NCBI GenBank assembly: GCA_965248925.1
Contig: CBDFLE010000006.1
Span: 3,040,001-3,104,000 of the forward strand
Source of the DNA: Candidatus Multivoradales bacterium
Lineage (GTDB): Bacteria; Acidobacteriota; Thermoanaerobaculia; Multivoradales; J023
Length of the DNA stretch: 64,000 nucleotides
Direction of reading: 5' to 3'
Every line of letters begins with the position of its first letter. Within the stretch, counting starts at the first letter, position 1. The notes below the pieces were generated by a model, which worked only from the letters and a program-made list of their open reading frames with translations, had not been told where the DNA came from and ran no database searches. The translations under genes and the position numbers were made by a program. This document shows, piece after piece, positions 1-9,065 of this stretch.

Positions 1-124
1 TGCCGACACCCGGCTGCGCTTGGCCCGAGTCTTCGACGACCCGGCCGAGATGGAAGCGCACCTCAGCGATGCGCAGCGAGTCGCCCGGTCTTTGGCGGCC
101 CATCTGCGGCACTTGCAACGCTGA
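1..124 (+). CDS. 3' end of an unknown protein (partial, runs off the window)
   Basis: Frame starting at base 2 is open (ADTRLRLARVFDDPAEMEAHL...HLQR) to TGA at 122-124, with GC3-rich codons. Confidence 0.5.
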   Translation, partial: ADTRLRLARVFDDPAEMEAHLSDAQRVARSLAAHLRHLQR

Positions 125-219
125 GCTGGCGTGGCTCTGTACGTCCGCGGGTGCAGCGGTTAGAGTAGATCGCCGCCGAGCATCGATCTGTCCACAGCGG
201 TGCAGCTTCGATGTGCCGC

Positions 220-245
220 CCACCGCGGTATCCACCGCGGTATCC
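220..245. repeat. 12-bp tandem duplication CCACCGCGGTAT x2 upstream of ctaB
   Basis: Copies at 220-231 and 232-243; degenerate copy TCCACAGCGGTG at 191-202. Confidence 0.8.
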
Positions 246-266
246 GGATTTGAGGAGACACCGATC

Positions 267-1160
267 GTGAAAGCCGAGGTTCTAAACCCCGCCGCGAGCA
301 GCGCTCGATCAGCGGACTACGTGGCACTCACCAAGCCGCGTATCTCCCTGATGGTAGTGCTGACCACGGCGGTCGGATTCCTGGTCGCCGCACCGGCGCC
401 AATGGCCTATGTCTTATTTCTGCACACCCTGCTCGGCACCGCTCTGGTGGCCAGTGGTGCCTCGGTGCTGAACCAAGTTCTGGAGCGCGACACCGATGCC
501 CTGATGCACCGCACCGCCCAGCGGCCGATTCCGGCGGGCCGCCTCGAGTCCGAGCGGGCTCTGGCCTTCGGTGTCGGACTGTCGGTGCTCGGCATGCTCT
601 ACTTGGTGTTGTTGACCAACCTGCTCACCGCATTGATCGGCGCCTTCACCTTGGCTGCTTACGTCTTCGTCTACACGCCGATGAAACGCAAGACTTCGTT
701 GGCCACCATCGTCGGTGCGATCCCCGGCGCGACACCGCCGATGATGGGAGTGGCTGCGGCCACGGGCGAGATTGGCGCTTGGGGTTGGGCCTTGTTCGCC
801 ATTCTCTTTCTCTGGCAGATGCCGCATTTCTTGGCCATCGCCTGGATGTGCCGCGAGGACTATGAGCGAGGGGGGTTTCCGATGCTCACCGTCGGTGATC
901 GGGATGGCCGCAAGACCGGCCGTCAAGCGGTGCTCTACGCCGCCGCCTTGGTGCCGGTTAGCTTGCTGCCCTCGGTGCTAGGTCTAGCCGGGGCAATCTA
1001 CTTCGCGGGCGCCTTGGTCGCCGGGTTGATCTACCTGGCGGGCTCGCTGGCCTTTGCTTCCCAGATCAATGCGCAGACGGCTCGTAGCCTGCTACTCACC
1101 TCGGTGCTCTACTTGCCGGTGGTGCTCTTGCTGATGGTGGTCGGCCGCGCTCTGGCCTAA
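267..1160 (+). CDS. ctaB: Protoheme IX farnesyltransferase (heme O synthase)
   Basis: LTKPRI, LNQVLERDTDALMHRTAQRPIPAG, YTPMKR and FLWQMPHFLA motifs; GTG at 267 follows a GAGGAG RBS at 252-257. Confidence 0.95.
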   Translation: MKAEVLNPAASSARSADYVALTKPRISLMVVLTTAVGFLVAAPAPMAYVLFLHTLLGTALVASGASVLNQVLERDTDALMHRTAQRPIPAGRLESERALAFGVGLSVLGMLYLVLLTNLLTALIGAFTLAAYVFVYTPMKRKTSLATIVGAIPGATPPMMGVAAATGEIGAWGWALFAILFLWQMPHFLAIAWMCREDYERGGFPMLTVGDRDGRKTGRQAVLYAAALVPVSLLPSVLGLAGAIYFAGALVAGLIYLAGSLAFASQINAQTARSLLLTSVLYLPVVLLLMVVGRALA

Positions 1161-1819
1161 TGCCCTTACCCAACTCGCAACAGGACTCTTCCTCCACCGC
1201 CGACCGGCGCCGGCGCGGGCGGGAGGCTTTGCTGTGGGGCACTTTGGTCTTAGTGATGCTAGCGCTGGTAGGGCTGTCGATCCAGCGCGGTGGCTTTCAG
1301 CGGTCGCCGCCACCGCCAATATTTGCTCAGCTGCCGGTCTTCGAACTGATCGATCAGCGGGGGCAGGCTTTCGGCACTCGCGAGCTAGCCGGGGTGCCAT
1401 GGGTGGCCGACTTTGTCTTTACCCGTTGTCCTGGGATCTGTCCGCGGATGACCGAATTGATGCGCGGTCTGAAGGCACGCCTACCGGCCGGTACGCGGAC
1501 GGTATCGATCACTGTAGATCCGGGGCACGACACCCCGTCGATCCTCGCTGACTATGGGCGGCGCTTTGCCACGAGTGAGGATTGGACATTCTTGACCGGC
1601 GATCGCTTGGCGATCTACCAACTGTGTCGCGACGGTTTCAAGATGCCGGTCGAAGCCCTGACTGAAGATGCTGGCGACGCCATCGAACCCATTCTGCACA
1701 GCAATCGTTTCGTGCTGGTCGATGGTGCTGGTCAGATCCGCGGTTACTACGATTCGTTCGATAACACTGAACTCGAACGCCTGCTCGACGACCATCGCGC
1801 TCTGCTGCGGCAACACTGA
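1160..1819 (+). CDS. SCO family copper chaperone for cytochrome oxidase
   Basis: N-terminal TM segment, FTRCPGICP (CxxxC) and HSNRFVLVD; overlaps the ctaB stop. Confidence 0.92.
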   Translation: MPLPNSQQDSSSTADRRRRGREALLWGTLVLVMLALVGLSIQRGGFQRSPPPPIFAQLPVFELIDQRGQAFGTRELAGVPWVADFVFTRCPGICPRMTELMRGLKARLPAGTRTVSITVDPGHDTPSILADYGRRFATSEDWTFLTGDRLAIYQLCRDGFKMPVEALTEDAGDAIEPILHSNRFVLVDGAGQIRGYYDSFDNTELERLLDDHRALLRQH

Positions 1820-1827
1820 GCGGTCTC

Positions 1828-3567
1828 TCAACCGCGCAAGGCCGAGTAGAAGATCCCCGGCAGTTTGAGCAACGAGGGCTGGCTCTCGAAGGCACAGAGC
1901 TTCTGACCCATCTCTAGAGCCGTCTTGTGGCTGGGGAACCAGATCGGCTTGGGGCGCATGCGGAAGGGTGAGTAGATCACCGTTTTCTGTGCTCGCGAGA
2001 ACATCAAGGTGTTGTGGACCACGCCGGCGCCGGATTGGATGTCATAGATGTCGGCGCCGGGGTAAGCGCCCCACGGGGTGACCACTAAACCATAGCAAAT
2101 CGCCGCCCAACTATTGACCGATACCGCGCCGTAGCGCAGCTCGGCGATAGCCTGATCCAGCGCCGCGGCGGCGGCTGGGTCGCGCAAGGTTTTGGGGTGG
2201 ACCAGGAGGGTGACGTTGAGGGTGCCCCACAAGATCTGATTGCAGAAGTCCACCGCTTGGGCGAGGAATTCTTCAAGGGTGTCGGCGGCGAGCGCGGTCT
2301 CGCCAAAAACCCCACAGAAGGATTCGGTGGTGAAGCAGATGTCGTCCGTGGCGCTGGGATCGAGATCGGAGATCAGCGTCCACGGTAGTTCGCCAGCAGA
2401 GGGTTGGCCGATCTGCTCGGCTTCTGGGTGGGCGGCGATAAAGCTCTCGAACCGACTCTCAGCGCCCGGATAGTAAGCCCGTCGGGTGGGTACTTGGGCC
2501 AGGCTGTGGCGGATCTGCTGCAGCAGCGCTGGCCGCTCGGCCCAGCCACGTTGAGTGATGATCAGCCGCGTAGCATTGCAGTTGAAACCAGCATTGTTAA
2601 CCAGGCTACCGGCGATGTTCTCGCCGTGGTAGGCGAGGTCGCTGGCCGACCAGGGGCCGGGGACGACGATCACTGGCGAGATGTTGCCGAGTTCGGAGAG
2701 GATCGGCTTGGTCAGCCTGGGTCGGCGCTCGGCCTTGCGCTTCTTGCCCTCTTCGCCGCCGCCAAAGACGATCGCCTCGACCGTTTTGTCCGAGCCGGTG
2801 ATGTGGATCTCGTCGATCTGCGAGTGGGCGCAGCAGTAGGCTCCCTGCTCGACTTCGCCGTAGACGATCCGCAGCGCCCCCCAGTCGATCAAGGTTTGGA
2901 AACCCTCACCTAGCAGTGGTCCGAGGTAGGCGTTCAATGGGTGCATCTTGAGCAGCACCACCGAGTTGTCGACGAACAGCTTGTAAAGGGTATCCATCGG
3001 ACCGATCGACGACACGTTGCCACCGCCGAGCACCAGGCAGACCTGCCCGTCGCCAGGTGGTTGGCGGTAGTTTACCGCTTGGGTTGCCGCCAGTCCGTCG
3101 CGGGTGACCTCTGGCTCCATCCACACTTCGGCTCGGACCCCGCCATAGAAAAACTTGTCCCAGTTGTCGTAGGGGAAGACCTGGGCGGTAACCTGGCCGT
3201 CGGGCCGCTGGCGTATCGGCCCTGGAATGCACGGCTCGCCGTGGCGCTCGATATCTGCCAAGCTCTTGTTGAGCAGTTGGATGTTGCGCAGCACAAAACA
3301 AGGACCGGCCAACCATTCCTCGCCAGCGGCGGGAGTGCCGGGTGGGATGCCCTCGGCTTGGCGGGTCGCTTCGGCCCAGCGCTTGCCAACGGCGGTGAAG
3401 TCCTTGACTAGCTCCGACAGAATGGCTCGACGATCGGCGATCGGCAGATTCGCCCAGCGTTGCTTGTGGGCGTTCAGCTCGGCGATCGCGGAGTCGATTT
3501 CCGAGTTCGTCGAAGGCGGGTAATCAGGGTTGCTCGCGGCGGGGGCGGGGACAGCGGTCACGGTCAT
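1828..3567 (-). CDS. Aldehyde dehydrogenase family protein
   Basis: GGGNVSSI, HITGS, SELGNISP and NNAGFNCNA (catalytic Cys); ATG at 3567 with GAGGAG upstream. Confidence 0.85.
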   Translation of the reverse strand: MTVTAVPAPAASNPDYPPSTNSEIDSAIAELNAHKQRWANLPIADRRAILSELVKDFTAVGKRWAEATRQAEGIPPGTPAAGEEWLAGPCFVLRNIQLLNKSLADIERHGEPCIPGPIRQRPDGQVTAQVFPYDNWDKFFYGGVRAEVWMEPEVTRDGLAATQAVNYRQPPGDGQVCLVLGGGNVSSIGPMDTLYKLFVDNSVVLLKMHPLNAYLGPLLGEGFQTLIDWGALRIVYGEVEQGAYCCAHSQIDEIHITGSDKTVEAIVFGGGEEGKKRKAERRPRLTKPILSELGNISPVIVVPGPWSASDLAYHGENIAGSLVNNAGFNCNATRLIITQRGWAERPALLQQIRHSLAQVPTRRAYYPGAESRFESFIAAHPEAEQIGQPSAGELPWTLISDLDPSATDDICFTTESFCGVFGETALAADTLEEFLAQAVDFCNQILWGTLNVTLLVHPKTLRDPAAAAALDQAIAELRYGAVSVNSWAAICYGLVVTPWGAYPGADIYDIQSGAGVVHNTLMFSRAQKTVIYSPFRMRPKPIWFPSHKTALEMGQKLCAFESQPSLLKLPGIFYSALRG

Positions 3568-3726
3568 TTTCCGGCTCCTCAAGCATCCATTGGGCGGCTG
3601 CGATCGGCTCAGTATATCTTCTGCCGAGCTGCGGCGAAAACATGCCGGTTTGCGGCACTGCTAAGCTCTGGTCGCTATCCGTCGTCGCTCCGGGAAACCG
3701 GCCGACAGCCACCAGGAGCCGATACT

Positions 3727-4800
3727 ATGCAGCAGGAACTCGCCCTCGATCCCACCCAGCCCACCCGCCCTGGGGAGGAACTCGCGCTGGCCGAGTTGGC
3801 TCCCTACTTGCGTCGCCATTTGCCCGCGGCCGAGGGTGATTTGCGGGTCGAGCAATTCCCCAGCGGTCATTCCAACCTGACCTATCTGCTGCGTTTGGGC
3901 AAACAGGAACTAGTGTTGCGGCGACCGCCCTTTGGCAACCGGGTGAAGTCGGCCCACGACATGGGGCGCGAATTTCGCGTGCTCGATAAGCTGCACCGGG
4001 TCTACCCACCCGCGCCGAAGCCTTATCTCTACTGTGAGGATGAGGCGATCCTCGGTGCACCGTTCTACGTCATGGAGCGGCGTCGCGGGGTGGTGTTGCG
4101 CCAGCGACTGCCGGCAGGTCTAGAATTTGGGCCCGAGCTGGCCTGCCGACTCAGTGAGGCGGTGGTCGATCGCTTGGCCGATCTACACCGGGTCGACTAC
4201 ACCGCCGCCGGATTGGCTGACTTGGGTAAACCCGACGGCTATGTCGAGCGCCAGGTGGGCGGTTGGGCGTCGCGCTATGAGCGGGCGCGCACTCATGACT
4301 GGCCGCAACTCGATCAGGCCGGGCGCTGGCTGGCCACCCACATGCCTGCCGAGTCTGGCGCGGCGGTGATCCACAACGACTTCAAGTACGACAATCTGCT
4401 GCTCGATCCAAGGGACCTCACCCAAGTCGTGGCGGTGCTTGACTGGGAGATGGCCACCCTCGGCGATCCACTGATGGACCTGGGCACCTTTTTGGCCTAT
4501 TGGGTGGAAGCCGGGGATGATCCCCGCTGGCGCGCCTTGGGTTTTGGCCCGACGGCGGTGGCCGGCAGCCTCAGCCGTCGCCAGCTCGCCGCGCGCTACG
4601 CTGAGCGCACCGCCGTCGAGCTACCGGCACTGACTTTCTACTTCGTTTTTGGGCTCTACAAATTGGCGGTGATCCTGCAGCAGATTTACTACCGCTGGGC
4701 CAAGGGCCACACCAGAGACCCTCGCTTCGAGCACTTCGACAGCATGGTCGAGCTACTCGGCCAGGTGGCCGCCAGGTCGATCGATCAAGACATGGTGTGA
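3727..4800 (+). CDS. APH/phosphotransferase family kinase (ACAD10/11 N-terminal or LvaA-like)
   Basis: FPSGHSNLTY, VLRRPPFG, SAHDMGRE, HNDFKYDN and LDWEMATLGDPLMDLG; ATG at 3727 after AGGAG. Confidence 0.9.
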   Translation: MQQELALDPTQPTRPGEELALAELAPYLRRHLPAAEGDLRVEQFPSGHSNLTYLLRLGKQELVLRRPPFGNRVKSAHDMGREFRVLDKLHRVYPPAPKPYLYCEDEAILGAPFYVMERRRGVVLRQRLPAGLEFGPELACRLSEAVVDRLADLHRVDYTAAGLADLGKPDGYVERQVGGWASRYERARTHDWPQLDQAGRWLATHMPAESGAAVIHNDFKYDNLLLDPRDLTQVVAVLDWEMATLGDPLMDLGTFLAYWVEAGDDPRWRALGFGPTAVAGSLSRRQLAARYAERTAVELPALTFYFVFGLYKLAVILQQIYYRWAKGHTRDPRFEHFDSMVELLGQVAARSIDQDMV

Positions 4801-4809
4801 GCGAGCCAT

Positions 4810-5208
4810 CTAGCTCGGCCTGAAAGGAACCCAGGCGAGACCTTCTACGGCTTCGAAATGGGCATCTGCAGAGAGTAGGTCTGAGCCGGTTTCCATCGCG
4901 TGTGCGGCGATCCAGACGTCGTTGGTGGGGAGGGGCGTTCCTCGACGCCTGAGGGCGGTGGAGATACGGCCGAAGCGGTCCGCGGTGGTCATGGTCACGG
5001 GCAGCAAGCGAACGAATGGGCTTGCCAGAAACGCTTTCAACCGGGCTAAGTTGGTCTCGAATTGGGAGCCGTTATAGAAGCCGTGGAGCAATTCGCCGAC
5101 AACAATCGTGGATAGCGTCAAGCGGTTGGCTTGGCGAACTTTTGCTGCGACTTCGCTGTGGCCGTGCATCATCGCCGTGTAGGCGTTGGTGTCGAGCAGG
5201 ACTCTCAT
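4810..5208 (-). CDS. vapC: Type II toxin, VapC/PIN-domain ribonuclease
   Basis: LLDTNAY, VVGEL, NDVWIAAHA and SADAHF acidic PIN motifs; ATGA overlap with the upstream antitoxin. Confidence 0.92.
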   Translation of the reverse strand: MRVLLDTNAYTAMMHGHSEVAAKVRQANRLTLSTIVVGELLHGFYNGSQFETNLARLKAFLASPFVRLLPVTMTTADRFGRISTALRRRGTPLPTNDVWIAAHAMETGSDLLSADAHFEAVEGLAWVPFRPS

Positions 5209-5468
5209 TGCCAAAAGTCTTGGTCTATTTTTTCGAAGGACTCGAGGCTATGCGAAAAATCCTGTGCCTCTTCTTTTGACCAGACGCCGATGAAGTCGTC
5301 CAGCGAAGAACCGACCACGTCGGCCTGCCCGGCAGGGGTGTCCAAGCCGGCGCCCTTGCGCATCAAGAAAAGGGCTGCCTTGTTGAGCGACAAACCGCGC
5401 CGGTGCGCCAGTTGTCGCAGGTATTGCTCGAGCTGGGTGTCGAAGCCTCGGAGAGTCAATTGAGTCAT
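5205..5468 (-). CDS. Antitoxin, ribbon-helix-helix (FitA/VapB-like)
   Basis: MTQLTLRGFD...LAHRRGLSLN N-terminus and acidic C-terminus; directly upstream of and coupled to vapC. Confidence 0.8.
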   Translation of the reverse strand: MTQLTLRGFDTQLEQYLRQLAHRRGLSLNKAALFLMRKGAGLDTPAGQADVVGSSLDDFIGVWSKEEAQDFSHSLESFEKIDQDFWQ

Positions 5469-5494
5469 CCTAAGTCGCTATCCTTGAACCAGAG

Positions 5495-5524
5495 AGTGAG
5501 TCATAGTGAGTCACTTTATGACTC
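5495..5524. promoter_or_regulatory. Putative antitoxin operator (nested palindromes of TGAGTCA/TGACTC)
   Basis: GAGTCATA-GTGAGTCAC-TT-TATGACTC lies 30-56 bp upstream of the antitoxin start. Confidence 0.7.
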
Positions 5525-5580
5525 GCCAGAGTGGCTGTCAACTCTTGCGTGAAGCGATGCGGTTGAAACTTGCTGGTTCC

Positions 5581-5620
5581 AGCGACAAAAGCCCGCGCTT
5601 TGGCGCGGGCTTTTGTCGCT
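5581..5620. terminator. Intrinsic terminator (bidirectional type) downstream of the acyl-CoA dehydrogenase
   Basis: Perfect 18-bp inverted repeat AGCGACAAAAGCCCGCGC-TTTG-GCGCGGGCTTTTGTCGCT. Confidence 0.85.
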
Positions 5621-5647
5621 CCAGATGATAACCGGAACCCGCCGAAG

Positions 5648-7537
5648 CTAGCCGACCGCTACCGGTCGGGCTTCCTTCTTGGCTTCGACCTGGGCCGGCG
5701 CCGGGGCTTCGAGGTCGAGTCCCTTGAGCATCTCTTCGAGCCACAGTTGACGACCCTTGAGCACGCCATTGGCGATCTTGACCTTGAGGTCGTCGTCGTT
5801 GAGCCACAAGTCGCGGAACAGCTGCTTGACCTTGCGTCGTGAGTTGCGGCAGAAGAGATCGGCCAGCTGGCCGGCCTGTTTGGCGTTGCGATGACCCTGC
5901 TGTCGCATGGCGTGGGCGCGGCTGGCGCTGGCCGACATGGCGAGCAGTTCGTTGGCGATGTCGACCACTCGGAAGAGGAACAACTGCTTGCGCTCCATCT
6001 TGGCCTGGTAGACCATCATGCCGTGGAAGATCTGCCGCGCCATCCGCCGGGTGCTGCGCTCGACGAAGCGCAGGTGCGGGGCAAAAGCGCCATATTCGGC
6101 GAAGGTCTGGAAGCCGACCCAGCGGGTGGGATACCAGGAGGCGTAGAAGGCGGCGATCTTGGGCAGCGCCTGGGCCTTCTCGCTAGCGCTCTTGCGCGGG
6201 TCGATCATCGCTCCGGCCACCTGCAGGTGCTTGTCGACCGCCTCGCGCGCCATGAAGAGGTGCATGATCTCGCTCGACCCTTCGAAGATCTTGTTGATCC
6301 GATAGTCGCGCATCATCCGCTCGACGCCGATCGGCTGCTCGCCGCGAGCGCGCAGGGAACTCTCGGTCTCGTAGCCGCGACCGCCGCGAATCTGCATGGT
6401 GTCGTCGACGATCTCCCAAGCGCGGCAGCTATTCCATTCTTTGGCCGCCGCCGCTTCGAGGCGGATGTCGAAGTTGCCACGATTAGACATCTCGGTGGCC
6501 AGCTTGGCGACCGATTCCATGGCGAAGGTGGTGCAGGCCATGTCGGCGATCTTGTGGGCGATGGCTTCGTGACGGCCGATCGGCTTGCCCCATTGCACCC
6601 GCTCACTGGACCACTGGCGGCAGATCTGCAGCGCCCTCTTGGCCATGCCGACCGAGCCGTTTGGGATCGACAGGCGACCGTCGTTCAAGGTGGTCAGGGC
6701 GATCTTCAAGCCGCGCCCCAACTGGCCGATCAGGTTCTCAACTGGGATTTTGACCTCTGTGAAGCTGAGCACCGCGTTGGCCAGCGCGCGCAGGCCCATG
6801 AAGTGGCAACGATGCTCGACCTTGACCCCTTCCCAGTCGGTCTCGACCACGAAAGAGCTGATCTTGCGAGTTTCCGAGTCCACAGCCATGACCACCAACA
6901 GCTTGGCCAGGGTGCCGTTGGTGCACCACAACTTGACGCCGTTCAAGATGTAGTGCTGGCCGTCGTCGCTGAGTTGGTAGGTGGTGGTCATCCGCGCCGG
7001 GTCCGAACCCACCTGATCTTCGGTCAGGGCGAAGGCTGAGATCTCGCCCTTGGCACAACGCGGCAGGTACTTTTTCTTCAACTTGTCCGAACCGAAAAGC
7101 TTCAGCGGCTGCGGCACGCCGATCGACTGATGGGCGGACAGCAGAGCCGAGAGGTTGCCGTCCTGGGCACCGAGCATCTCCATCACCTTGCCGTACTCGA
7201 CCTGATCGAATCCCAGGCCACCGTACTCGGTGGGGATCTTCATGCCGAAGGCGCCGAGCTTGCGCAGGCCGTCGACCACTTCTTCGGGGTATTCGCCGCT
7301 GGCGTCGATCGCGTCGCTGTCGACATGGTCGCGGAGGAATTCTTTCAGCGTGTTGAAGAAAGCGACGAATTCGGGCCGCTGCTCGCCGTCCAGAGGGAAG
7401 GGGTGGATCAGGTCGAGGCGGAAGTTGCCGAGGAACATCTCGCGCATGAAGCTCGGCTGGGTCCACTCGGTCTGACGGGACGCCTCGGCGACCTCTCTCG
7501 CCTCTTGTTCGCTGACGTGGATCTTTTTGCTGGCCAT
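5648..7537 (-). CDS. Long acyl-CoA dehydrogenase (ACAD9/VLCAD-like FadE)
   Basis: AFALTEDQVGSD, LNGVKLWCTNG, LNDGRL, MQIRGGRGYE and INKIFEGSSEI; 629 aa. Confidence 0.93.
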   Translation of the reverse strand: MASKKIHVSEQEAREVAEASRQTEWTQPSFMREMFLGNFRLDLIHPFPLDGEQRPEFVAFFNTLKEFLRDHVDSDAIDASGEYPEEVVDGLRKLGAFGMKIPTEYGGLGFDQVEYGKVMEMLGAQDGNLSALLSAHQSIGVPQPLKLFGSDKLKKKYLPRCAKGEISAFALTEDQVGSDPARMTTTYQLSDDGQHYILNGVKLWCTNGTLAKLLVVMAVDSETRKISSFVVETDWEGVKVEHRCHFMGLRALANAVLSFTEVKIPVENLIGQLGRGLKIALTTLNDGRLSIPNGSVGMAKRALQICRQWSSERVQWGKPIGRHEAIAHKIADMACTTFAMESVAKLATEMSNRGNFDIRLEAAAAKEWNSCRAWEIVDDTMQIRGGRGYETESSLRARGEQPIGVERMMRDYRINKIFEGSSEIMHLFMAREAVDKHLQVAGAMIDPRKSASEKAQALPKIAAFYASWYPTRWVGFQTFAEYGAFAPHLRFVERSTRRMARQIFHGMMVYQAKMERKQLFLFRVVDIANELLAMSASASRAHAMRQQGHRNAKQAGQLADLFCRNSRRKVKQLFRDLWLNDDDLKVKIANGVLKGRQLWLEEMLKGLDLEAPAPAQVEAKKEARPVAVG

Positions 7538-7601
7538 TCTGGAGTCTCCTTCCTTGGGTGCGGTCTTGGCTGAAAGCTGGATTTCCTGCGCCGAATCGGG
7601 G

Positions 7602-8246
7602 CTAGCCGTCCGGCGGGTCGAGCAAGATGCCGAGGGCTACGCGGGTGACGTCGTCGGCTACTTGCCGACCGTCGAGATCGCCACTGCTGTCGTACCAGCG
7701 GGCGATCCACATCACCATGCCGAGCAGGCTGAAAGCACCGACGGTACTGTCCACCCGGCGCAAGCGGCCCTGCTCGCCGAGTTCTTCTAAGGTGTCGCGG
7801 ACGAGTTCAAAATACTCCCGCTTGCGGCCGATGATCTCCGCCCGCTGCTCGGGGCTGAGGCCGTCGACTTCGTCGATCAAGATCGCCAGGGCGCCAGTGT
7901 CGTGGGTCAGTAGGTAGGCGTGGCGACGAATGATCACCGCCAGCCGCTCGGCGGGTTCGCTGACCCCACGGGCATGGCTGACCACATGCCGTTCGAGCAG
8001 GTCCATGGCCAGGTGAGTGATCTTGTAGAGCAGCTCTTTCTTGCCCTTGACGTAGTAGTACAGGCCCGGTTTGGTGAGTCCCACCGCCTCGGCAATCTCG
8101 CTCATCGAAGTAGCATCAAAACCCTTCTTGCGGATGAGCTTGGCGGCGGTGCGGTAGATCAGGCCGGCGCGATCGTCCTCGAACGGCACCAGGTCAGCCG
8201 CATCGTCGATGGGGACTGCCAAGGTGATGCTGCTGGCGTTACTCAT
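7602..8246 (-). CDS. TetR/AcrR family regulator (KstR2-like C-terminus)
   Basis: KGFDATSMSEIAEAVGLTKPGLYYYVKGKKELL HTH and GMVMWIARWY; start uncertain (8246 or 8297). Confidence 0.9.
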   Translation of the reverse strand: MSNASSITLAVPIDDAADLVPFEDDRAGLIYRTAAKLIRKKGFDATSMSEIAEAVGLTKPGLYYYVKGKKELLYKITHLAMDLLERHVVSHARGVSEPAERLAVIIRRHAYLLTHDTGALAILIDEVDGLSPEQRAEIIGRKREYFELVRDTLEELGEQGRLRRVDSTVGAFSLLGMVMWIARWYDSSGDLDGRQVADDVTRVALGILLDPPDG

Positions 8247-8339
8247 GCGGTTGCTGTGCTGCTTGTTTCGGGCGCTGATTTTTCTTGTCTTGGGCAATAA
8301 CTGTGCGCGGCACAGCGAGAGCGAGTTTTTCAGTCGCTA

Positions 8340-8355
8340 CCTACCGGTCGGTAGG
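8340..8355. promoter_or_regulatory. Putative TetR operator
   Basis: Palindrome CCTACCG-GT-CGGTAGG upstream of the TetR gene. Confidence 0.65.
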
Positions 8356-8539
8356 ATTCTGTCGCCAGATGCCACGGCTGTCAAGCTCTTTGCCGCAAAG
8401 CGGCAGAAAAAGTCTCTCTGCGGCGTGGTCACTCGAGCCGCCGGATGAGTCGTCCAGGGACTCGCTAGTGGTTGTTGTCGACTTGACTGGCGGCTATTCT
8501 CAGCCGTAGCCGGTAGCCCGCACAATCCTTGGTGGATCG

Positions 8540-8995
8540 ATGGTATTTCGCCCCAGCTTGCCGCAGAACAGTCCGCGAGAAATCCGCCGGGTGTTGCGGC
8601 ATTTGCGCGACCTGATCGAAGACACGGAGCTGACCCAGACCGCTATCGAGCAGCGGGCGGGCTTGTCGGCGGGCTACCTGCGGCAGCTGCTCGGCGGCCG
8701 AGTCGATCTTAAGTTTCGCCACGTTCTAGCTGTGCTGGCGGTCTTGGCGGTGCCGCCGAGTCGCTTTTGGAGCTCGGTATTTCCGCGCGCGAGTCAGCAG
8801 CTGCCGTACCTGTCTCACGGCCGTTGGCCAGCATTGACAACCCAGCTCGGTGGCCAACAAGAAGTGGTCCGGCTCTATGGCTTTGGCATCGAATCGGTCG
8901 AACGTCTGCGCCGCCGGCTGGAGAATTGTGAGAGTGATTTGATCGAGTTGCTCGACAGCGGATTGCTGGAAGAAGTGCAGCGCCGAAGCGAGTAG
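8540..8995 (+). CDS. XRE-family helix-turn-helix protein
   Basis: LTQTAIEQRAGLSAGYLRQLLGGRVDLKFRHV HTH, followed by a C-terminal coiled-coil-like segment. Confidence 0.75.
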   Translation: MVFRPSLPQNSPREIRRVLRHLRDLIEDTELTQTAIEQRAGLSAGYLRQLLGGRVDLKFRHVLAVLAVLAVPPSRFWSSVFPRASQQLPYLSHGRWPALTTQLGGQQEVVRLYGFGIESVERLRRRLENCESDLIELLDSGLLEEVQRRSE

Positions 8996-9065
8996 GCGGT
9001 CGTTGGCTGCCTAAGCGCGGTACAATTGAGCAGCGTTCGCGCCCTACGCCGAGGTCTCGAAAACC

